Source: a virus. Taken from it: 46,691 bases of DNA. Position numbers and translations under genes: made by a program. Location: IMG/VR virus record IMGVR_UViG_3300045988_173330. The stretch is one strand, 5' to 3'. Below the pieces are notes generated by a model. That model was not told where the DNA came from and searched no databases. It saw only the letters and a list, made by a program, of their open reading frames with translations. Positions 1 to 6,327 of the stretch are shown piece after piece. Each line of letters starts with the position of its first letter. The stretch's first letter is position 1.

Positions 1-55
1 TTTTAAGGGGGCAGAATCGCTTGGTTTTAGGGGGCAGCTTACACTGGATTTTCCA
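1..55. repeat. Left terminal inverted repeat (55 bp), made of two tandem units at 1-24 and 25-47
   Basis: ttttaagggggcagaatcgcttggttttagggggcagcttacactggattttcca is the exact reverse complement of 46637-46691. Identity stops at position 56 (a, versus c at 46636). Units: TTTTAAGGGGGCAGAATCGCTTGG and TTTTAGGGGGCAGCTTACACTGG. Confidence 0.97.
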
Positions 56-79
56 ATTTGTATCATCAATCATTTAGTT

Positions 80-87
80 TATCTTTG
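80..87 (+). promoter_or_regulatory. Bacteroidota-type -7 promoter box TATCTTTG for the left-arm operon
   Basis: Exact TAnnTTTG match about 115 nt upstream of the ATG at 202. Confidence 0.5.
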
Positions 88-116
88 CTACGTGATTGAA
101 TGATGATGTAAATATA

Positions 117-202
117 CTAGAAGTTCTATATCTAGCATAGAATTTCTAGTTAATTATTGTAAATATGCTAGATTTTCTATAATCAAACCTAGAATATCTA
201 TA
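117..202 (+). promoter_or_regulatory. Operator-like array: four copies of CTAGAnnTTCTAT(A), three direct and one inverted
   Basis: CTAGAAGTTCTATA 117-130; ATAGAATTTCTAG 137-149 (inverted); CTAGATTTTCTATA 168-181; CTAGAATATCTATA 189-202, overlapping the start codon of the CI-like gene. Confidence 0.6.
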
Positions 203-903
203 TGACTTTAAAAGAAAGAATGTTCTATCTAATTGAAAAAGAAGGACTTAATCCAAATCAATTTTATACCATCTCTGGATTAGGAAATGGGTACTTAAAT
301 AATGTAGGTGAAAGTTTCAGAAAGCCAACGATAGAAAAGATAAAAAAAAGCTTCCCGCATTGGAATATGGACTGGATTCTTTATGAAAAAGGAGAGCCTA
401 TTTCCAATATATCTAAAGAAAATATAGAAATTCTAGAAGCCATACCATTAAACCAAAACTATATTATAAACGTACCATTAGTAAATCAATACGCACAAGC
501 AGGTTATTTATGCGGATTTCAAGATGCTGCATATATAGCTACACTACCTACTATACCTTTTATAATAGACCATGAAGCTAAAGGAAACTATGTAGCATTT
601 GAAGTAAGAGGTGACAGTATGAATGATGGAACTGAAGAGAGTTACCTTGAAGGAGACAGACTTCTTTGTAGAGAAATAGCTCCATATCTGTGGGCAGAGT
701 CTAAATTGCATATCCGGAAATGGGATTTCGTTATTGTACATGAAGACGGAATTTTGGTAAAACGAATAATAGACCATAATGTAGAAAATCATACTATTAC
801 AATACACTCTTTGAACGATATGTATCCTGACAGAGTTATTGATTTGGCAGAAGTTAGGCAAATCTTCAATGTGATAGAATTGCAAAGGCCAAGAAGAAGA
901 TAG
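202..903 (+). CDS. CI-type repressor: phage-CI HTH + S24 (LexA-like) self-cleaving peptidase
   Basis: 233 aa. The N-terminal HTH ends ...FPHWNMDWILYEKGEP, as in phage CI repressor HTH domains. The C-terminal has a Ser/Lys dyad context (VRGDSMNDG ... DGILVKRII). Confidence 0.85.
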   Translation: MTLKERMFYLIEKEGLNPNQFYTISGLGNGYLNNVGESFRKPTIEKIKKSFPHWNMDWILYEKGEPISNISKENIEILEAIPLNQNYIINVPLVNQYAQAGYLCGFQDAAYIATLPTIPFIIDHEAKGNYVAFEVRGDSMNDGTEESYLEGDRLLCREIAPYLWAESKLHIRKWDFVIVHEDGILVKRIIDHNVENHTITIHSLNDMYPDRVIDLAEVRQIFNVIELQRPRRR

Positions 904-941
904 TTTAAAAGTTTAATATACAAACTATTAAAACTAATACT

Positions 942-2420
942 ATGAAATTCAATCAATACACATGGAACCTATATAAGCAATCTTCTGACGGACAAAAAGC
1001 TATTAAGGAGTTTGAGGAACCATCCAACAATGATACGATGATGGATTTGGTTTTCAAATACAATCCAAGAATGAAGTTATGGTTTAATGATGACAAATCC
1101 AGACTATCCATATCAAACATCAGTGAAAGCTTATGGTGTTACAATATCTGCGAATTTCCAGATGAGGAAAGACCTAATACACTGGAAGAAGCGAAAGAAA
1201 AGTATGAAGATGTTCTTTTTCGTGGGTTAACAGACAATGATGAAGTACTAATACCAGTCAACGACTATGAAATGATGTTGAATAGCATAACATGGACATC
1301 ATTCTTATTATATTATTTTGCACCAGAGTTTTTCTTCCCTAATATATTTATTTACCGTTTCTTTGATTTACATAAGATAGCAGATATGTTTGAGATAGAT
1401 TTACCGTCTATCCCAAAGAAATCAAACTATAAGGCGAGATGTATGTACTACTGGAGTTTATGCGAAGTGTTTTATCGATTTAGGGCAGAGAATGAGCTTT
1501 CTCCAGCAGAATTATGCGCTTTCCTATATGACTTTGCACCCAACTTCATGCCCCAAAAAGAAGCAGACGTTCCACAGCCAACACAAGCATGGTGTATCGG
1601 TGGATTGATTGATAAAAATGAATTATTTAGAACTACTTTTTGGCAAGCGAATCCAGAAACAAAGAAAGGCGATATTCTCATTCATTACGAAACCGCTCCA
1701 ATTAGTGCAATTACCCGAGTATGGATAGCTCAAACAGATGGAGTGATAGACCCATTCTTTCATTACTATGGAAACACCTACATAGGGAATAAAATTGATA
1801 TTCCACATATCAGCCTGAAAGAACTCCGAGAAGATAAATACTTCTCCAATCATCCGCTTGTTCGCAAGAACTTTCAAGGGGTAAGCGGATGGTCAATGAG
1901 TGGCGCGGATTATTCGGAACTCCTGCGAATGATAAAGGCAAAAGGATTTGACACTGATGTTCTGCCCAAACTATACGTTCCGACATTACCTAAAGGAATA
2001 GTTATAGAGTATGAACATGATGTGGAGCAACTGTTATTAGAGCCGTTATTAAACTCTATGGGATGGTATGAAAAGAAAGACTTCATCCGGCAGTTACCTA
2101 TTCAAGCAGGGAGAGGACATCGGGTGTTCCCGGATTACGCCTTGCACTATGACAACAAACCGGACGAAGAAAAAGCGAAAGTTCTGATTGAAGCCAAACT
2201 TCACATGAAGAACAACCAAGACATAGAAGCAGCCTTCTTGCAAGCACGTTCATACGCTCGGCTATTAGGTTCTTCTGCTATTGTCTTATGTGACAAGGAC
2301 TATTTACTTGTATATGAGAAGAAAGATAACTTCGACCGAGACAGTTATAAGAAATACTACTGGGGAGAACTTGAAAATCCCGATGTGTTCAACGAATTAA
2401 AGAACAAACTAAATATCTAA
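942..2420 (+). CDS. Putative modification-sensing nuclease: EVE/PUA-like central domain + C-terminal PD-(D/E)xK (HsdR-N/Mrr-like) domain
   Basis: 492 aa. FWQANPETKKGDILIHYETAPISAITRVWIAQTDG...HISLKELRED resembles EVE-domain topology (inference). FPDYALHYD...KVLIEAKLH gives a D...ExK nuclease motif. Confidence 0.55.
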   Translation: MKFNQYTWNLYKQSSDGQKAIKEFEEPSNNDTMMDLVFKYNPRMKLWFNDDKSRLSISNISESLWCYNICEFPDEERPNTLEEAKEKYEDVLFRGLTDNDEVLIPVNDYEMMLNSITWTSFLLYYFAPEFFFPNIFIYRFFDLHKIADMFEIDLPSIPKKSNYKARCMYYWSLCEVFYRFRAENELSPAELCAFLYDFAPNFMPQKEADVPQPTQAWCIGGLIDKNELFRTTFWQANPETKKGDILIHYETAPISAITRVWIAQTDGVIDPFFHYYGNTYIGNKIDIPHISLKELREDKYFSNHPLVRKNFQGVSGWSMSGADYSELLRMIKAKGFDTDVLPKLYVPTLPKGIVIEYEHDVEQLLLEPLLNSMGWYEKKDFIRQLPIQAGRGHRVFPDYALHYDNKPDEEKAKVLIEAKLHMKNNQDIEAAFLQARSYARLLGSSAIVLCDKDYLLVYEKKDNFDRDSYKKYYWGELENPDVFNELKNKLNI

Positions 2421-2424
2421 GATT

Positions 2425-3390
2425 ATGATAATCACAACTACTAATAATATAGAAAATTATTCAATAAAACGATACTTAGGTGTAGTAAATGCGAATATAG
2501 TTATTGGAGCAAATTTTTTCTCTGATTTTGCAGCATCACTAACAGATGTTTTTGGCGGACGCTCTAATACCTATCAAAACAAGCTAAACACCATATACAA
2601 GGAAGTAATGGCTGAATTAAAAGCAAAAGCCAAATCTTTTCAGGCTGATGCTATTGTTGGATTACATATAGACTTTGACGAAGTTTCCGGTGGAGGAAAA
2701 TCCATGTTTATGGTATCTGCATCTGGAACTGCTGTTATGATAGAAAATAACTTTGAAGATAGATACTTCATGTACAAAGCTCTCAGTGACATTCATGACT
2801 ATTGGAAAAAAGGATTTCTATCAGAAGAAGAATACAATTATGAAAAAGCAAGGATTATAGAAAAGTATAATAGCGCAATTTCGGCAGAGGTTACAGTAGT
2901 CAAAGAAACTAAAGAATACGAAGCAAAAAAGTTAAGAGAGCAAGAAGAACAAGAAGCTTATACTAAGAAAGTTCTTGAAGAAAAGCTAATCATAGCAAAG
3001 AAGGAATTAGAAAACAGATGCCCATGTTCTGAAGATACCATAAAAGAAACTACACATCTTCAAATACAAGCATCAGACTACAATAATATTCCATATAATA
3101 CTGACGATTCTATGGAAAGTATAATCGCAAAGTTTATTCGGTTAAACAGAATACCTGAAGCTTGCAAATATTACATGGATGAAACCGGATTGAACGATAC
3201 AGATGCTATTGAGTTTGTAGTTGATACTTATAAGAAAATAGACCAGATAGACAAAGATGCTTTTGAGAGGCTTCTTAATAAATTGAGGGTATTAAAAAAT
3301 AAAGGGTTTATTGAGCAAGCAATTAATGAATATCAAAAATTTACCCTATCAGAAAAAAATGCGGCAGAAACATTTATTAATGATTTATAA
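2425..3390 (+). CDS. YbjQ/UPF0145-domain protein with SHOCT-like motif and helical C-terminal repeats
   Basis: 321 aa. The first ~105 aa (GGRSNTYQNKL...ADAIVGLHIDFDEV...SASGTAV) match the YbjQ family pattern. KKGFLSEEEYNYEKARIIEKY is SHOCT-like, followed by coiled coil and two L7/L12-CTD-like helical units. Confidence 0.7.
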   Translation: MIITTTNNIENYSIKRYLGVVNANIVIGANFFSDFAASLTDVFGGRSNTYQNKLNTIYKEVMAELKAKAKSFQADAIVGLHIDFDEVSGGGKSMFMVSASGTAVMIENNFEDRYFMYKALSDIHDYWKKGFLSEEEYNYEKARIIEKYNSAISAEVTVVKETKEYEAKKLREQEEQEAYTKKVLEEKLIIAKKELENRCPCSEDTIKETTHLQIQASDYNNIPYNTDDSMESIIAKFIRLNRIPEACKYYMDETGLNDTDAIEFVVDTYKKIDQIDKDAFERLLNKLRVLKNKGFIEQAINEYQKFTLSEKNAAETFINDL

Positions 3391-3402
3391 AATAGACTGA
3401 TT

Positions 3403-3681
3403 ATGGTTGACTTTCTAACCATCATACTCCTAATATTCGGAGTACTGCAAATCATCCTCTTCTTCAAGGTATGGGGAATGACGAATGACATCAAAGAGAT
3501 AAGGAACAAGTACCTTAAAGACGAGGACGAGAAACGAAGACAAAAAGCAGAATACGACCCAACCCCAAAATCAGCGGTGGGGTTAAAACAACAATATAGC
3601 CGGAATTATTCCCCGGCTTTTTCTTTCCCTATTCGCAAGTTGTGCAAATGTTGTGCAGATAGCATAAAAAGAAAATGCTAA
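3403..3681 (+). CDS. Small N-terminally membrane-anchored protein (3' end uncertain)
   Basis: 92 aa. A hydrophobic helix FLTIILLIFGVLQIILFFKVW is followed by a charged helix. The last ~25 codons run through an intrinsic-terminator-like hairpin at 3598-3623, so the C-terminus may not be genuine. Confidence 0.45.
   Translation: MVDFLTIILLIFGVLQIILFFKVWGMTNDIKEIRNKYLKDEDEKRRQKAEYDPTPKSAVGLKQQYSRNYSPAFSFPIRKLCKCCADSIKRKC
3598..3623 (+). terminator. Intrinsic-terminator-like hairpin AGCCGG-loop-CCGGCT followed by TTTTTC
   Basis: 6-bp GC-rich stem plus a T-run, located inside the 3' part of ORF 3403-3681. Confidence 0.4.
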
Positions 3682-3710
3682 CAAGTTGTCAATGAACCTA
3701 TTAGCATTTT
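3672..3710. terminator. Bidirectional terminator-like hairpin between convergent genes
   Basis: AAAATGCTAA (3672-3681) pairs perfectly with TTAGCATTTT (3701-3710). A/T runs lie on both sides. It sits between the + operon end and the - gene ending at 3802. Confidence 0.55.
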
Positions 3711-3801
3711 TCCTTGTGATTCCGTTGCCACTACTTTTCATACTGGCTGATAGTCAATTATATATCTTTTGTTACCTAAATTACTTTTAGGAAAGGAGGT
3801 T

Positions 3802-3999
3802 TTAATCAACACCTGGCATTGAACAATACACATAGTAATCTTCCTCAATACAAGTTATTTTAACGTCAAATCCATCAGGGTCAATTCCGTCTGTGCTGAT
3901 GCAAATAGTATCTCCTACTTTCCCTAATAATTCTTTTATTTCCACCTCAAAACTGAACTGCCCAGCTTCAACAATATAGAGATACGCTTTTTTATCCAT
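3802..3999 (-). CDS. Hypothetical 65-aa protein, coupled downstream of the XRE repressor
   Basis: The ORF starts 2 nt after the stop of 4001-4381 on the same strand. It is acidic and has no recognisable motif. Confidence 0.45.
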   Translation of the reverse strand: MDKKAYLYIVEAGQFSFEVEIKELLGKVGDTICISTDGIDPDGFDVKITCIEEDYYVYCSMPGVD

Positions 4000-4000
4000 A

Positions 4001-4381
4001 TTACTTCTGCTTTTGGATTAATATTTGAATTGTTCTTTCTTTCTCAGTTATCACTCTTTCTTTTTCCTCCAATAGAGCGTTGAGATGCTCTATCTCTTTG
4101 CGACACTCGCTTAAAGTTATATCTCCAGAGATTTTATTACCATTGCCCTTAACTTGATGACCTATATTAATTCCAGAAGAGTTTATATCTCTATCAAAAA
4201 AATAATCTATTGGTACATTAAAATAATCTGCTATAATTTCCAGGTTGTCGGCACCAGGAATCGAAGTGTTATTAAGCCAAACATATAAGTTTGATTTAGA
4301 TATACTTGTGTCTTTCAAAAACTGTGCTTGACTGATCTTTCTATCTTCAAATAATCTTCTTATTTTATCAGGATTAAACAT
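4001..4381 (-). CDS. XRE-family HTH repressor with C-terminal coiled coil (immunity-switch candidate)
   Basis: 126 aa. ISQAQFLKDTSISKSNLYVWLNNTSIPGADNLEIIADYFNVPIDYFF is a classic Cro/CI-type HTH. It is divergent from the early operon. Confidence 0.8.
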   Translation of the reverse strand: MFNPDKIRRLFEDRKISQAQFLKDTSISKSNLYVWLNNTSIPGADNLEIIADYFNVPIDYFFDRDINSSGINIGHQVKGNGNKISGDITLSECRKEIEHLNALLEEKERVITEKERTIQILIQKQK

Positions 4382-4512
4382 GTTATACTATTTATACTAG
4401 ATTTAAATAATAATATAAGATTAAAATAATAGGATTAATATTTTGATATTAGACTATTATTTTAAACCTTTGCGTTATAAATATAATAATAACAATCGTA
4501 ATATTTAAGATT
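4382..4512. promoter_or_regulatory. AT-rich divergent promoter/operator region between the XRE repressor and the early operon
   Basis: 131-bp intergenic spacer with short repeats (TATACTA x2, GATTAA x2, TTAATAT/ATATTA inverted). No exact TAnnTTTG box seen. Confidence 0.4.
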
Positions 4513-4713
4513 ATGGAAGAGAAAAAGCAAAAAATGGTACCCAAGTACCATTACGACCAGATGGAGAAAAGCACGAGACTGAGGCTCCGTGATGAGTTCC
4601 TAAGAAGAAGCGGTATGTCATTGATTACATTCTACGACAAGTTAAGAAAAGACTCCTTCAAACCTTTGGAAAGAGAACTATATGAGAACATTTTCATAAT
4701 TCAACAAAATTAA
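4513..4713 (+). CDS. Hypothetical early protein (Cro/Xis-sized)
   Basis: 66-aa basic ORF, first gene of the rightward early operon. Confidence 0.5.
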   Translation: MEEKKQKMVPKYHYDQMEKSTRLRLRDEFLRRSGMSLITFYDKLRKDSFKPLERELYENIFIIQQN

Positions 4714-4727
4714 GAACCAATCAAATT

Positions 4728-4988
4728 ATGGAGGAATTTAAAAGAATACCCTTCGGTGGTAATCCCTATGCGGATTTTGAGTTTTTCAAGGTAGAATTAA
4801 AAGTCTGCGATGTGAAATACACTCCAGAGCAGATTTATGCACACTTTGAATTCACAAGTGGGTACAAAGTAGATGTACAAGGTACATTTTATCCCTCACT
4901 AATTCGCAAAGCTATAGTTCAAGTTCGCGAAATGGAGCAAGCACATATTACAAACTCATCACGTTGTGAAATTCATGCCGATAACTAA
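4728..4988 (+). CDS. Hypothetical early protein
   Basis: 86-aa ORF in the operon series. Confidence 0.5.
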   Translation: MEEFKRIPFGGNPYADFEFFKVELKVCDVKYTPEQIYAHFEFTSGYKVDVQGTFYPSLIRKAIVQVREMEQAHITNSSRCEIHADN

Positions 4989-5532
4989 CATCGAGTTCTA
5001 CAACACCCCCGAAGGTGATGTGATGATTAAAGAACTTGGGCATGCGGCAGTTGTGCTTTGTGAGGACAACCGCCCGACCATCGAGTACATGCTTGCTGTC
5101 ATCAGGGACAGATACCCGAAAGCACATGCCAGGTTAATGCAACTTTACTCCAGTAGTACAATGAATAGGTGGCATTATGAATTCCGGGTAGTTCACCGCT
5201 TCATCCGCTGCAACTTCGGCGAGTATGACCAATACAACCTTGACATCAATAAGGATGGACAATTCGTATTCGAGGAGGTAAAGTGCCCACTACGAGGTGA
5301 GTGCGAACATGAGGGAGTGATTTGTCGCCCGGAACTTGACACGGCACTAACCGCCCGTGAGATGAATGTTTTCAGACTCATCGCTTCCAATTGCCAGACG
5401 GATGATATTGCAGCGGAACTGCACATATCACCTTATACGGTGAACCGCCATCGGGAGAATATCAAAGCGAAAATCAAGGTTCATAATGTGAGTGAGATGA
5501 TTTCTTACTGGCATCAGAACCAGATGAAATGA
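4966..5532 (+). CDS. LuxR/GerE-type HTH transcription regulator with Cys/His-rich linker
   Basis: 188 aa. The C-terminal REMNVFRLIASNCQTDDIAAELHISPYTVNRHRENIKAKIKV is a GerE-type HTH. It is preceded by VKCPLRGECEHEGVIC. Confidence 0.75.
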   Translation: MKFMPITNIEFYNTPEGDVMIKELGHAAVVLCEDNRPTIEYMLAVIRDRYPKAHARLMQLYSSSTMNRWHYEFRVVHRFIRCNFGEYDQYNLDINKDGQFVFEEVKCPLRGECEHEGVICRPELDTALTAREMNVFRLIASNCQTDDIAAELHISPYTVNRHRENIKAKIKVHNVSEMISYWHQNQMK

Positions 5533-5915
5533 ATACCAATAAAAAAGAAATATCAATGAAGAAAGGTCAGAAAGTACGCATTCTGCGTACCAATCAGGTA
5601 GCGACAATCGTCGAAGTGGAGTTAATCAGAAAAAGTGGCAAGGTACACCGCTACTGTCATCTGAAGGTAGATAAAAAGCCGGACTTGTGGTTAGACTCTT
5701 CAGAACTGGGGGGATTGGTGGAAAGGTGCCGGATTACTTTCCATGATGACAGAGGGCAGGAATTATACTTCGATGTGGAGCGTGATTATGATAAGGAGAA
5801 TTTGAGCATGACATTGACCGGACGTCCAGAAAACCTCAAGGAGCATCACGGAATCAATATAGTGATGGCCGAAATGTTCCTCGATGGTTTTAAGGCACAC
5901 CAATCTCATTCTTGA
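5529..5915 (+). CDS. Hypothetical early protein
   Basis: 128-aa ORF; its ATGA start overlaps the upstream stop. Confidence 0.55.
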   Translation: MNTNKKEISMKKGQKVRILRTNQVATIVEVELIRKSGKVHRYCHLKVDKKPDLWLDSSELGGLVERCRITFHDDRGQELYFDVERDYDKENLSMTLTGRPENLKEHHGINIVMAEMFLDGFKAHQSHS

Positions 5916-5930
5916 TAATCACCACAACAT

Positions 5931-6272
5931 ATGACGGAAGAAAATCTTACACCATATATCCCTATCGGAACTTTATTCAAATACCTGCTCAAGGATTACC
6001 GTAGGGAGCGGCAGCGCACTATTCATATGGAGGCCCAAGTCAGAAGTCTGTTAAAGCGGAACGCCTATCTTGAGCAGGAAATAGGCAAAGTAAAGCAAAG
6101 ACTGCTGAAGAAGGTGGAAAAGAGTGAGAAACAGATTGATTACTCGCAGGAAATCAGCCGGCTGCACCAGGCTGTTTCCTGCCGGAACAACACGATGGAG
6201 CAGCTCAGGAATGAGAATGCCCGACTGAAAAATGAACTCGATACGTATTTGCTGTTTCTCGGCAAGATTTAA
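5931..6272 (+). CDS. Hypothetical coiled-coil protein
   Basis: 113 aa with heptad-like, charged sequence. Confidence 0.5.
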   Translation: MTEENLTPYIPIGTLFKYLLKDYRRERQRTIHMEAQVRSLLKRNAYLEQEIGKVKQRLLKKVEKSEKQIDYSQEISRLHQAVSCRNNTMEQLRNENARLKNELDTYLLFLGKI

Positions 6273-6327
6273 GTCCTACCATCCGAACCCGGAAACAGTG
6301 TAATTCGTAGCGGCAATATACAGAACT

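Noticed and set aside
1-6. TTAA at both extremities as a target-site duplication flanking a GGGGGCAG...CTGCCCCC element (piggyBac-like or IS5-like), or Tn3/Tn21-style GGGGG-initiated inverted repeats.
   Set aside because: The TTTTA prefix recurs before the second internal GGGGGCAG unit (25-37), so it belongs to the repeated unit rather than to flanking target DNA. No Tn3-type or other transposase ORF is present. The window contains no flanking DNA to test for duplications.
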